Source: Antedon mediterranea
Taxonomy: Eukaryota; Animalia; Echinodermata
Assembly: GCF_964355755.1 (NCBI RefSeq)
Contig: NC_092674.1
Span: 17,298,001-17,362,000 of the forward strand
Direction: 5' to 3'
Length of the DNA: 64,000 bases
The position numbers were made by a program, and so were the translations under genes. Position 1 is the first letter of the stretch; the number at the start of each line of letters is the position of its first letter. This document shows, piece by piece, positions 34,969-49,600 of this stretch. The notes below the pieces were generated by a model. The model was not told the origin of the DNA and ran no database searches. It saw nothing but the letters and a program-made list of their open reading frames with translations.

Positions 34969-37063
34969 TAGATCATCGAGAGAGAGATAGATCAGCGAGA
35001 GAGAGATAGATCAGCGAGAGAGAGATAGATCAGCGAGAGAGAGATAGATCAGCGAGAGAGAAATAGATCAGCGAGAGAGAGATAGATCAGCGAGAGAGAG
35101 ATAGATCAGCGAGAGAGAGATAGATCAGCGAGAGAGAGATAGATCAGAGAGAGAGAGATAGATCAGCGATAGAGAGAGATAGATCAGCGAGAGAGAGATA
35201 GATCAGCGAGAGAGAGACAGATCAGCGAGAGAGAGATAGATAAGCGAGAGAGAGATAGATCAGCGAGAGAGATATAGATCAGCGAGAGAGAGATAGATCA
35301 GCGAGAGAGAGATAGATCAGCGAGAGAGAGATAGATCAACGAGAGAGAGAGATAGATCAACGAGAGAGAGATCAGCGAGAGAGATAGATCTGCGAGAGAG
35401 AGAGATAGGTCAGCGAGAGAGAGATAGATCAGCGAGAGAGAGAGATAGATCAGCGAGATAGAGATAGATCAGCGAGAGAGAGATAGATCAGTGAGAGAGA
35501 GATAGATCAGCGAGAGCAAGATACATCGGGGAGAGAGAGATAGATCAGCGAGAGAGAGATAGATAAGCGAGAGAGAGATAGATCAGCGAGAGAGAGATAG
35601 ATCAGCGAGAGAGAGATAGATCAGCGAGAGAGATAGATAGATCAGCGAGAGAGAGAGATAGATAGATCAGTTAGAGAGGGATAGATCAGCGAGAGAGAGA
35701 GATAGATAAGCGAGAGAGAGATAGATCAGCGAGAGAGAGATAGATCAGCGAGAGAGAGATAGATCAGCGAGAGAGATAGATAGATCAGCGAGAGAGAGAG
35801 ATAGATAGATCAGTTAGAGAGGGATAGATCAGCGAGAGAGAGAGATAGATAAGCCAGAGAGAGATAGATCAGCGAGAGAGAGATAGATCAGGGAGAGAGA
35901 GAGATAGATCAGCGAGAGAGAGAGATAGATCAGCGAGAGAGAGATAGATCAGCGAGAGAGAGAGATATAGACCAGCGAGAGGGAGATAGATCAGCGAGAG
36001 AGAGATTGATCAGCGAGAGAGAGATAGATCAGCGAGAGAGAGATAGATCAGCGAGAGAGAGATAGATCAGCGAGAGAGAGAGATAGATCATCGAGAGAGA
36101 GATAGATCAGCGAGAGAGATAGATCAGCGAGAGAGAGATAGATCAGCGAGAGAGAGATAGATCAGCGAGAGAGAAATAGATCAGCGAGAGAGAGATAGAT
36201 CAGCGAGAGAGAGATAGATCAGCGAGAGAGAGATAGATCAGCGAGAGAGAGATAGATCAGAGAGAGAGATAGATCAGCGATAGAGAGAGATAGATAAGCG
36301 AGAGAGAAATAGATCAGCGGGAGAGAGAGAGATAGATCGAGGAGAGAGAGATAGATCAGCGAGAGAGAGATAAATCAGCGAGAGAGAGATAGATCAGCGA
36401 GAGAGAGATAGATCAGCGAGAGAGAAATAGATCAGCGAGAGAGAGATAGATCAGCGAGAGAGAGATAGATCAGCGAGAGAGAGATAGATCAGCGAGAGAG
36501 AGATAGATCAGCGAGAGAGAGATAGATCAGCGAGAGAGAGATAGATCAGCGAGAGAGAGAGAGAGAGATAGATCATCGAGAGAGAGATAGATCAGCGAGA
36601 GAGAGATAGATCAGCGAGAGAGAGATAGATCAGCGAGAGAGAGATAGATCAGCGAGAGAGAAATAGATCAGCGAGAGAGAGATAGATCAGCGAGAGAGAG
36701 ATAGATCAGCGAGAGAGAGATAGATCAGCGAGAGAGAGATAGATCAGAGAGAGAGAGATAGATCAGCGATAGAGAGAGATAGATCAGCGAGAGAGAAATA
36801 GATCAGCGGGAGAGAGAGAGATAGATCGAGGAGAGAGAGATATATCAGCGAGAGAGATAGAGATCAGCGAGAGAGAGATAGATCAGCGAGAGAGAGATAG
36901 ATCAGCGAGAGAGAGATAGATCAGCGAGAGAGAGATAGATCAGCGAGAGAGAGCGATAGATCAGCGAGAGAGAGAGGTAGATCAGCGAGAGAGAAAGAGA
37001 TAGATCAGCGAGAAAGAGATAGATCAGCGAGAGAGAGAGATAGATCAGCGAGAGAGAGATAGA

Positions 37064-37100
<37 letters not shown>

Positions 37101-40100
37101 TCAGCGAGAGAGAGATAGATCAGCGAGAGAGAGATAGATCAGCGAGAGAGATATAGATCAGCGAGAGAGAGATAGATCAGCGAGAGAGAGATAGATCAGC
37201 GAGAGAGAGAGAGAAAGATCAGCGAGAGAGAGATAGATCAGCGAGAGAGAGATAGATCAGCGAGAGAGAGATAGATCAGCGAGAGAGAGATAGATCAGCA
37301 AGAGAGAGATAGATCAGAGAGAGAGAGATAGATCAGCGAGAGAGAGATAGATCAGCGAGAGAGAGATAGATCAGCGAGAGAGAGATAGATCAGCGAGAGA
37401 GAGATAGATCAGCGAGAGAGAGATAGATCAGTGAGAGAGAGAGAGATAGATCGAGAGGAGAGAGATAGATCAGCGAGAGAGAGATAGATCAGCGAGACAG
37501 AGATAGATCAGCGAGAGAGCGATAGATCAGCGAGAGAGAGATAGATCAGCGAGAGAGAGATAGATTAGCGAGAGAGAGATAGATCAGCGAGAGAGAGATA
37601 GATCAGCAAGAGAGATAGATCAGCGAGAGAGAGACAGATCAGCGAGAGAGAGATAGATAAGCGAGAGAGAGATAGATCAGCGAGAGAGATATAGATCAGC
37701 GAGAAAGAGATAGATCAGCGAGAGAGAGATAGATCAGCGAGAGAGAGATAGATCAACGAGAGAGAGAGATAGATCAACAAGAGAGAGATCAGCGAGAGAG
37801 ATAGATCAGCGAGAGAGAGAGATAGGTCAGCGAGAGAGAGATAGATCAGCGAGAGAGAGATAGATCAGCGAGAGAGAGATAGATCAGCGAGAGCGAGATA
37901 CATCGGGGAGAGAGAGATAGATCAGCGAGAGAGAGATAGATAAGCGAGAGAGAGATAGATCAGCGAGAGAGAGATAGATCAGCGAGAGAGAGATAGAACA
38001 GCGAGAGAGAGAGATAGATAGATCAGTTAGAGAGAGATAGATCAGCGAGAGAGAGAGAGATAGATAAGCCAGAGAGAGATAGATCAGCGAGAGAGAGATA
38101 GATCAGTGAGAGAGAGAGATAGATCAGCGAGAGAGAGAGATAGATCAGCAAGAGAGAGATAGATCAGCGAGAGAGAGAGATATAGACAAGCGAGAGGGAG
38201 ATAGATCAGCGAGAGAGAGAGATAGATCAGCGAGAGAGAGAAAGATCAGCGAGAGAGAGATAGATCAGCGAGAGAGAGATAGATCAGCGAGAGAGAGAGA
38301 TAGATCATCGAGAGAGAGATAGATCAGCGAGAGAGATAGATCAGCGAGAGAGAGATAGATCAGCGAGAGAGAGATAGATCAGCGAGAGAGAAATAGATCA
38401 GCGAGAGAGAGATAGATCAGCGAGAGAGAGATAGATCAGCGAGAGAGAGATATTTCAGCGAGAGAGAGATAGATCAGAGAGAGAGAGATAGATCAGCGAT
38501 AGAGAGAGATAGATCAGCGAGAGAGACATAGATCAGCGGTAGAGAGAGAGATAGATCGAGGAGAGAGAGATAGATCAGCGAGAGAGAGATAGATCAGCGA
38601 GAGAGAGATAGATCAGCGAGAGAGAGATAGATCAGCGAGAAAGAAATAGATCAGCGAGAGAGAGATAGATCAGCGAGAGAGAGATAGATCAGCGAGAGAG
38701 AGATAGATCAGCGAGAGAGAGATAGATCAGCGAGAGAGAGATAGATCAGCGAGAGAGAGATAGATCAGCGAGAGAGAGATAGATCAGCGAGAGAGAGAGA
38801 TAGATCATCGAGAGAGAGATAGATCAGCGAGAGAGAGATAGATCAGCGAGAGAGAGATAGATCAGCGAGAGAGAGATAGATCAACGAGAGAGAAATAGAT
38901 CAGCGAGAGAGAGATAGATCAGCGAGAGAGAGATAGATCAGCGAGAGAGAGATAGATCAGCGAGAGAGAGATAGATCAGAGAGAGAGAGATAGATCAGCG
39001 ATAGAGAGAGATAGATCAGCGAGAGAGAAATAGATCAGCGGGAGAGAGAGAGATAGATCGAGGAGAGAGAGATAGATCAGCTAGAGAGAGAGAGATCAGC
39101 GAGAGAGAGATAGATCAGCGAGAGAGAGAGATAGATCAGCGAGAGAGAGATAGATCAGCGAGAGAGAGATAGATCAGCGAGAGAGAGCGATAGATCAGCG
39201 AGAGAGAGAGGTAGATCAGCGAGAGAGAAAGAGATAGATCAGCGAGAGAGAGATAGATCAGCGAGAGAGAGATAGATCAGCGAGAGAGAGATAGATCAGC
39301 GAGAGAGAGAGAGAGAGAGATAGATCAGCGAGAGAGAGATAGATCAGCGAGAGAGAGAGATAGATCAGCGAGAGAGATATAGATCAGCGAGAGAGAGATA
39401 GATCAGCGAGAGAGAGATAGATCAGCGAGAGAGAGAGAAAGATCAGAGAAAGAGAGATAGATCAGCGAGAGAGAGATAGATCAGCGAGAGAGAGATAGAT
39501 CAGTGAGAGAGAGATAGATCAGCGAGAAAGAGATAGATCAGCGAGAGAGAGATAGATCAGAGAGAGAGATAGATCAGCGATAGAGAGAGATAGATCAGTG
39601 AGAGAGAGAGAGAGAGATAGATCAGCGAGAGAGAGATAGATCAGCGAGAGAGAGATAGATCAGCGAGAGGGAGATAGATCAGCGAGAGAGAGAGAGATAG
39701 ATCAGCGAGAGAGAGATAGATCAGCGAGAGGGAGATAGATCAGTGAGAGAGAGATAGGTCAGCGAGAGAGAGATAGATCAGCGAGAGAGAGATAGATCAG
39801 CAAGATAGAGATAGATCAGCGAAAGAGAGATAGATCAGCGAGAGAGAGATAGATCAGTGAGAGAGAGATAGATCAGCGAGAGAGAGAGATAGATCAGCGA
39901 GAGAGAGATAGATCAGCGAGAGAGAGATAGATCAGCGAGAGAGAAATAGATCAGCGAGAGAGAGATAGATCAGCGAGAGAGAGAGATAGATCAGCGAGAG
40001 AGAGATAGATCAGCGAGAGAGAGATAGATCAGCGGGAGAGAGATAGATCAGCGAGAGAGAGATATAGATCAGCGAGAGAGAAATAGATCAGCGGGAGAGA

Positions 40101-41455
40101 GAGAGATAGATCGAGGAGAGAGAGATAGATCAGCGAGAGAGAGATAGATCAGCGAGAGAGAGATAGATCAGCGAGAGAGAGATAGATCAGCAAGAGAGAA
40201 ATAGATCAGCGAGAGAGAGATAGATCAGCGAGAGAGAGATAGATCAGCGAGAGAGAGATAGATCAGCGAGAGAGAGATAGATCAGCGAGAGAGAAATAGA
40301 TCAGCGAGAGAGATAGATCAGCGAGAGAGATATAGATCAGCGAGAGAGAGATAGATCAGCGAGAGAGAGAGAGATAGATCATCGAGAGAGAGATAGATCA
40401 GCAAGAGAGAGATAGATCAGCGAGAGAGAGATAGATCAGCGAGAGAGAGATAGATCAGCGAGAGAGAAATAGATCAGCGAGAGAGAGATAGATCAGCGAG
40501 AAAGAGATAGATCAGCGAGAGAGAGATAGATCAGCGAGAGAGAGATAGATCAGCGAGAGAGAGAGATAGATCAGCGAGAGAGAGATAGATCAGCGGGAGA
40601 GAGATAGATCAGCGAGAGAGAGATATAGATCAGCGAGAGAGAAATAGATCAACGGGAGAGAGAGAGATAGATCGAGGAGAGAGAGATAGATCAGCGAGAG
40701 AGAGATAGATCAGCGAGAGAGAGATAGATCAGCGAGAGAGAGATAGATCAGCAAGAGAGAAATAGATCAGCGAGAGAGAGATAGATCAGCGAGAGAGAGA
40801 TAGATCAGCGAGAGAGAGATAGATCAGCGAGAGAGAGATAGATCAGCGAGAGAGAAATAGATCAGCGAGAGAGAGATAGATCAGCGAGAGAGATATAGAT
40901 CAGCGAGAGAGAGATAGATCAGCGAGAGAGAGAGATAGATCATCGAGAGAGAGATAGATCAGCGAGAGAGAGATAGATCAGCGAGAGAGAGATAGATCAG
41001 CGAGAGAGAGATAGATCAGCGAGAGAGAAATAGATCAGCGAGAGAGAGATAGATCAGCGAGAGAGAGATAGATCAGCGAGAGAGAGATAGATCAGCGAGA
41101 GAGAGATAGATCAGAGAGAGAGAGATAGATCAGCGATAGAGAGAGATAGATCAGCGAGAGAGAAATAGATCAGCGGGAGAGAGAGAGATAGATCGAGGAG
41201 AGAGAGATAGATCAGCGAGAGAGAGAGAGAGATCAGCGAGAGAGAGATAGATCAGCGAGAGAGAGATAGATCAGCGAGAGAGAGATAGATCAGCGAGAGA
41301 GAGAGAGATAGATCAGCGAGAGAGAGATAGATCAGCGAGAGAGAGCGATAGATCAGCGAGAGAGAGAGGTAGATCAGCGAGAGAGAAAGAGATAGATCAG
41401 CGAGAGAGAGATAGATCAGCGAGAGAGAGAGATAGATCAGCGAGCGAGAGATAGA

Positions 41456-41504
<49 letters not shown>

Positions 41505-43647
41505 TCAGCGAGAGAGAGATAGATCAGCGAGAGAGAGATAGATCAGCGAGAGAGAGATAGATCAGCGAGAGAGAGATAGATCAGCGAGAGAGAGATAGAT
41601 CAGCGAGAGAAAGATAGATCAGCAAGAGAGATATAGATCAGCGAGAGAGAGATAGATCAGCGAGAGAGAGAGATAGATCAGCGAGAGAGAGAGAAAGATC
41701 AGCGAGAGAGAGATAAATCAGCGAGAGAGAGAGATAGATCAGTGAGAGAGAGATAGATCAGCGAGAGAGAGATAGATCAGCGAGAGAGAGATAGATCAGC
41801 GAGAGAGAGATAGATCAGAGAGAGAGAGATAGATCAGCGATAGAGAGAGATAGATCAGTGAGAGAGAGAGAGATAGATCAGCGAGAGAGAGATAGATCAG
41901 CGAGAGAGAGATAGATCAGCGAGAGGGAGATAGATCAGCGAGAGAGAGATAGATCAGCGAGAGAGAGATAGATCAGCGAGAGAGAGCGATAGATCAGCGA
42001 GAGAGAGAGGTAGATCAGCGAGAGAGAGAAAGATAGATCAGCGAGAGAGAGATAGAACAGCGAGAGAGAGATAGATCAGCGAGAGAGAGAGATAGATCAG
42101 CGAGAGAGAGGAGGAGAGATAGATCAGCGAGAGAGAGATAGATCAGCGAGAGAGAGAGATAGATCAGCGAGAGAGAGATAGATCAGCGGGAAAGAGATAG
42201 ATCAGCGAGAGAGAGATATAGATCAGCGAGAGAGAGAGATAGATCAGCGAGAGAGAGATAGATCAGCGAGAGAGAGATAGATCAGCGAGAGAGATAGATC
42301 AGCGAGAGAGATATAGATCAGCGAGAGAGAGATAGATCAGCGAGAGAGAGAGATAGATCAGCGAGAGAGAGATAGATCAGCGAGAGAGAGATAGATCAGC
42401 GGGAGAGAGATAGATCAGCGAGAGAGAGATATAGATCAGCGAGAGAGAAATAGATCAGCGGGAGAGAGAGAGATAGATCGAGGAGAGAGAGATAGATCAG
42501 CGAGAGAGAGATAGATCAGCGAGAGAGAGATAGATCAGCGAGAGAGAGATAGATCAGCAAGAGAGAAATAGATCAGCGAGAGAGAGATAGATCAGCGAGA
42601 GAGAGATAGATCAGCGAGAGAGAGATAGATCAGCGAGAGAGAGATAGATCAGCGAGAGAGAAATAGATCAGCGAGAGAGATAGATCAGCGAGAGAGATAT
42701 AGATCAGCGAGAGAGAGATAGATCAGCAAGAGAGAGATAGATCATCGAGAGAGAGATAGATCAGCGAGAGAGAGATAGATCAGCGAGAGAGAGAGATAGA
42801 TCAGCGAGAGAGAGATAGATCAGCGGGAGAGAGATAGATCAGCGAGAGAGAGATATAGATCAGCGAGAGAGAAATAGATCAGCGGGAGAGAGAGAGATAG
42901 ATCGAGGAGAGAGAGATAGATCAGCGAGAGAGAGATAGATCAGCGAGAGAGAGATAGATCAGCGAGAGAGAGATAGATCAGCAAGAGAGAAATAGATCAG
43001 CGAGAGAGAGATAGATCAGCGAGAGAGAGAGATAGATCAGCGAGAGAGAGATAGATCAGCGAGAGAGAGATAGATCAGCGAGAGAGAAATAGATCAGCGA
43101 GAGAGAGATAGATCAGCGAGAGAGATATAGATCAGCGAGAGAGAGATAGATCAGCGAGAGAGAGAGATAGATCATCGAAAGAGAGATAGATCAGCGAGAG
43201 AGAGATAGATCAGCGAGAGAGAGATAGATCAGCGAGAGAGAGATAGATCAGCGAGAGAGAGATAGATCAGCGAGAGAGAGATAGATCAGCGAGAGAGAGA
43301 TAGATCAGAGAGAGAGAGATAGATCAGCGATAGAGAGAGATAGATCAGCGAGAGAGAAATAGATCAGCGGGAGAGAGAGAGATAGATCGAGGAGAGAGAG
43401 ATAGATCAGCGAGAGAGAGAGAGATCAGCGAGAGAGAGATAGATCAGCGAGAGAGAGATAGATCAGCGAGAGAGAGATAGATCAGCGAGAGAGAGAGAGA
43501 TAGATCAGCGAGAGAGAGATAGATCAGCGAGAGAGAGCGATAGATCAGCGAGAGAGAGAGGTAGATTAGCGAGAGAGAAAGAGATAGATCAGCGAGAGAG
43601 AGATAGATCAGCGAGAGAGAGAGATAGATCAGCGAGCGAGAGATAGA

Positions 43648-43696
<49 letters not shown>

Positions 43697-46600
43697 TCAG
43701 CGAGAGAGAGATAGATCAGCGAGAGAGAGATAGATCAGCGAGAGAGAGATAGATCAGCGAGAGAGAGATAGATCAGCGAGAGAGAGATAGATCAGCGAGA
43801 GAGAGATAGATCAGCGAGAGAAAGATAGATCAGCGAGAGAGATATAGATCAGCGAGAGAGAGATAGATCAGCGAGAGAGAGAGATAGATCAGCGAGAAAG
43901 AGAGAAAGATCAGCGAGAGAGAGATAAATCAGCGAGAGAGAGAGATAGATCAGTGAGAGAGAGATAGATCAGCGAGAGAGAGATAGATCAGCGAGAGAGA
44001 GATAGATCAGCGAGAGAGAGATAGATCAGAGAGAGAGAGATAGATCAGCGATAGAGAGAGATAGATCAGTGAGAGAGAGAGAGATAGATCAGCGAGAGAG
44101 AGATAGATCAGCGAGAGAGAGATAGATCAGCGAGAAGGAGATAGATCAGCGAGAGAGAGATAGATCAGCGAGAGAGAGATAGATCAGCGAAAGAGAGCGA
44201 TAGATCAGCGAGAGAGAGAGGTAGATCAGCGAGAGAGAGAAAGATAGATCAGCGAGAGAGAGATAGAACAGCGAGAGAGAGATAGATCAGCGAGAGAGAG
44301 AGATAGATCAGCGAGAGAGAGGAGGAGAGATAGATCAGCGAGAGAGAGATAGATCAGCGAGAGAGAGAGATAGATCAGCGAGAGAGAGATAGATCAGCGG
44401 GAAAGAGATAGATCAGCGAGAGAGAGATATAGATCAGCGAGAGAGAGATAGATCAGTTAGAGAGATAGAACAGCGAGAGAGAGAGATAAATCAGTGAGAG
44501 AGAGATAGATCAGCTAGAAAGAGAGATAGATCAGCGAGAGAGAGATAGATCAGCGAGAGAGAGATAGATCAGCGAGAGAGAGAGATAGATCAGCGAGAGA
44601 GAGATAGATCAGCGAGAGAGAGATAGATCAGCGAAAGAGAGATAGATCAGCGAGAGGGAGATAGATCAGCGAGAGAGAGATAGATCAGCGAGAGAGAGAT
44701 AGATCAGAGAGAGACAGACAGATTAGCGAGAGAGAGACAGATCAGCGAGAGAGAGATAGATCAGCGAGAGAGAGAGATAGATCAGTGAGAGAGAGATAGA
44801 TCAGCGAGAGAGAGATAGATCAGCGAGAGAGAGAGATAGATCAGCGATAGAGAGAGATAGATCAGCGAGAAAAAGATAGATCAGCGAGAGAGAGAGATAG
44901 ATCAGCGAGAGAGAGATAGATCAGCGAGAGAGAGAGATAGATCAGCGAGAGAGAGATAGATCAGCGAGAGAGAGATAGATAAGCGAGAGAGAGATAGATC
45001 AGCGAGAGAGAGATAGATCAGCGAGAGAGAGATAGATCAGCGAGAGAAAGATAGATCAGTGAGAGAGAGATAGATCAGCGAGAGAGAGATAGATCAGCGA
45101 GAGAGAGATAGATCAGCGATCAGCGAGAGAGAGAGATAGATCAGCGAGAGAGAGATAGATCAGCGAGAGAGAGATAGATCAGCGAGAGAGAGAGATAGAT
45201 CAGCGAGAGGGAGATAGATCAGCGAGAGAGAGATAGATCAGCGAGAGAGAGATAGATCAGCGAGAGAGATATAAATCAGCGAGAGAGAGATAGATCGGGG
45301 AGAGAGAGATAGATCAGCGAGAGAGAGATAGATAAGCGAGAGAGAGATAGATCAGCGAGAGAGAGATAGATCAGCGAGAGAGATAGATAGATCAGCAAGA
45401 GAGAGAGATAGATAGATTAGTTAGAGAGAGATAGATCAGCGAGAGAGAGAGATAGATAAGCGAGAGAGAGAGATAGATCAGCGAGAGAGAGATAGATCAG
45501 CGAGAGAGAGATAGATCAGCGAGAGAGAGATAGATCAGCGAGAGAGAGATATAGACCAGCGAGAGGGAGATAGATCAGCGACAGAGAGATAGATCAGCGA
45601 GAGAGAGATAGATCAGCGAGAGAGAGATAGATCAGCGAGAGAGAGATAGATCAGCGAGAGAGAGAGAGATAGATCAGCGAGAGAGATAGATCAGCGAGAG
45701 AGAGATAGATCGATCAGCGAGAGAGAGATAGATCAGCGAGAGAGAGATAGATCAGCGAGAGAGAGATAGATCAGCGAGAAAGAGATAGATCAGCGAGAGA
45801 GAGATAGATCAGCAAGAGAGAGATAGATCAAAGAGAGAGAGAGATAGATCAGCGATAGAGAGAGATAGATCAGCGAGAGAGATATAGATCAGCGAGAGAG
45901 AGATAGATCAGAGAGAGAGATAGATCAGCGATAGAGAGAGATAGATCAGCGAGAGAGAAATAGATCAGCGGGAGAGAGAGAGATAGATCGAGGAGAGAGA
46001 GATAGATCAGCGAGAGAGAGATAGATCAGCGAGAGAGAGATAGATTAGCGAGAGAGAGATAGATCAGCGAGAGAGAGATAGATCAGCGAGAGAGAGATAG
46101 ATCAGCGAGAGAGAGACAGATCAGCGAGAGAGAGATAGATAAGCGAGAGAGAGATAGATCAGCGAGAGAGATATAGATCAGCGAGAGAGAGATAGATCAG
46201 CGAGAGAGAGATAGATCAGCGAGAGAGAGATAGATCAACGAGAGAGAGAGATAGATCAACGAGAGAGAGATCAGCGAGAGAGATAGATCAGCGAGAGAGA
46301 GAGAAAGGTCAGCGAGAGAGAGATAGATCAGCGAGAGAGAGATAGATCAGCGAGATAGAGTTAGATCAGCGAGAGAGAGATAGATCAGCGAGAGAGAGAT
46401 AGATCAGCGAGAGCGAGATACATCGGGGAGAGAGAGATAGATCAGCGAGAGAGAGATAGATCAGCGAGAGAGAGATAGATCAGTGAGAGAGAGATAGATC
46501 GAGGAGAGAGAGATAGATCAGCGAGAGAGATAGATCAGCGAGAGAGAGATAGATCAGCGAGAGAGAGATAGATAAGCGAGAGAGATATAGATCAGCGAGG

Positions 46601-49600
46601 GAGAGATAGATCAGCGAGAGAGAGATAGATCAGCGAGAGACAGATAGATCAGCGAGAGAGAGATAGATCAGCGAGAGACAGATAGATCTGCAAGAGAGAG
46701 ATAGATCAACGAGAGACAGATAGATCAGCGAGAGACAGATAGATCAGCGAGAGACAGATAGATCGGCGAGAGACAGATAGATCGGCGAGAGAGAGATAGA
46801 TCAGCGAGAGACAGATAGATCAGCGAGAGAGAGATACATCAGCGAGAGAGAGATAAATCAGCGAGAGAGAGATAAATCAGCGAGAGAGAGACACATCAGC
46901 GAGAGAAAGACAGATCAGCGAGAGAGAGACAGATCAGCGAGAGAGAGAGACAGACAGATCAGCGAGAGAGAGAGACAGATCAGCGAGAGAGACACAGATC
47001 AGCGAAAAAGACACAGATCAGCGAGAGAGAGAGAGAGAGAGACAGACAGATTAGCGAGAGAGAAACAGATCAGCGAGAGAGGGACAGATCAGCGAGAGAG
47101 AGAGACAGATTGGCTAGAGAGAGACAGATCAGCGAGAGAGAGAGACAGATCGGCTAGAGAGAGACAGATCAGCGAGAGAGAGACAGATCAGCGAGAGAGA
47201 GATAGATCAGCGAGAGGGAGATAGATCAGCGAGAGAGAGATAGATCAGTGAGAGAGAGATAGATCAGCGAGAGAGAGAAAGATAAGCGAGAGAGAGAGAT
47301 AGATCAGCGAGAGAGAGATAGATCAGCGAGAGAGAGATAGATCAGCGAGAGGGAGATAGATCAGAGAGAGAGAGAGATAGATCAGCAAGAGAGAGAGAGA
47401 TAGATCAGCGAGAGAGAGAGAGAAAGATCAGCGAGAGAGAGATAGATCAGCGAGAGAGAGATAGATCAGCGAGAGAGAGATAGATCAGCGAGAGAGAGAA
47501 AGATCAGCGAGAGAGAGATAGATCAGCGAGAAAGAGATAGATCAGCGAGAGAGAGATAGATCAGCGAGACAGAGATAGATCAGCGAGAGAGAGATAGATC
47601 AGCGAGAGAGAGATAGATCAGCGAGAGAGAGATAGATCAGCGAGAGAGAGAAAGATCAGCGAGAGAGATAGATCAGCGAGAGAGAGATAGATCAGCGAGA
47701 GAGAGATAGATCAGCGAGACAGAGATAGATCAGCGAGAGAGCGATAGATCAGCGAGAGAGAGATAGATCAGCGAGAGAGAGATAGATTAGCGAGAGAGAA
47801 ATAGATCAGCGAGAGAGAGATAGATCAGCGAGAGAGATAGATCAGCGAGAGAGAGACAGATCAGCGAGAGAGAGATAGATAAGCGAGAGAGAGATAGATC
47901 AGCGAGAGAGATATAGATCAGCGAGAGAGAGATAGATCAGCGAGAGAGAGATAGATCAGCGAGAGAGAGATAGATCAACGAGAGAGAGAGATAGATCAAC
48001 GAGAGAGAGATCAGCGAGAGAGATAGATCAGCGAGAGAGAGAGATAGGTCAGCGAGAGAGAGATAGATCAGCGAGAGAGAGATAGATCAGCGAGATAGAG
48101 TTAGATCAGCGAGAGAGAGATAGATCAGCGAGAGAGAGATAGATCAGCGAGAGCGAGATACATCGGGGAGAGAGAGATAGATCAGCGAGAGAGAGATAGA
48201 TAAGCGAGAGAGAGATAGATCAGCGAGAGAGAGATAGATCAGCGAGAGAGAGATAGATCAGTGAGAGAGATAGATAGATCAGCGAGAGAGAGAGATAGAT
48301 AGATCAGTTAGAGAGAGATAGATCAGCGAGAGAGAGAGATAGATAAGCAAGAGAGAGAGATAGATCGGCGAGAGAGAGATAGATCAGTGAGAGAGAGAGA
48401 GATAGATCAGTGAGAGAGAGAGAGATAGATCAGCGAGAGAGAGATAGATCAGCGAGAGAGAGAGAGAGATATAGACCAGCGAGAGGGAGATAGATCAGCG
48501 AGAGAGAGATAGATCAGCGAGAGAGAGATAGATCAGCGAGAGAGAGATAGATCAGCGAGAGAGAGATAGATCAGCGAGAGAGAGATAGATCAGCGAGAGA
48601 GAGAGATAGATCATCGAGAGAGAGATAGATCAGCGAGAGAGAGATAGATCAGCGAGAGAGAGATAGATCAGCGAGAGAGAAATAGATCAGCGAGAGAGAG
48701 ATAGATCAGCGAGAGAGAGATAGATCAGCGAGAGAGAGATAGATCAGAGAGAGAGATAGATCAGCGATAGAGAGAGATAGATCAGCGAGAGAGAAATAGA
48801 TCAGCGGGAGAGAGAGAGATAGATCGAGGAGAGAGAGATAGATCAGAGAGAGAGATAGATCAGCGAGAGAGAGATAGATCAGCGAGAGAGAGATAGATCA
48901 GCGAGAGAGAAATAGATCAGCAAGAGAGAGATAGATCAGCGAGAGAGAGATAGATCAGCGAGAGAGATATAGATCAGCAAGAGAGATATAGATCAGCGAG
49001 AGAGAGATAGATCAGCGAGAGAGAGATAGATCAGCGAGAGAGAGATAGATCAGCGAGAGAGAGATAGATCAGCGAGAGAGAGATAGATCAGCGAGAGAGA
49101 GAGATAGATCATCGAGAGAGAGATAGATCAGCGAGAGAGAGATAGATCAGCGAGAGAGAGATAGATCAGCGAGAGAGAGATAGATCAGCGAGAGAGAAAT
49201 AGATCAGCGAGAGAGAGATAGATCAGCGAGAGAGAGATAGATCAGCGAGAGAGAGAAAGATAAGCGAGAGAGAGAGATAGATCAGCGAGAGAGAGATAGA
49301 TCAGCGAGAGAAAGATAGATCAGCGAGAGGGAGATAGATCAGAGAGAGAGAGAGATAGATCAGCAAGAGAGAGAGATAGATCAGCGAGAGAGAGAGAAAG
49401 ATCAGCGAGAGAGAGACAGATCAGCGAGAGAGAGATAGATAAGCGAGAGAGAGATAGATCAGCGAGAGAGAGATAGATCAGCGAGAGAGAGATAGATCAG
49501 CGAGAGAGAGATAGATCAGAGAGAGAGATAGATCAGCGATAGAGAGAGATAGATCAGCGAGATAGAAATAGATCAGCGGGAGAGAGAGAGATAGATCGAG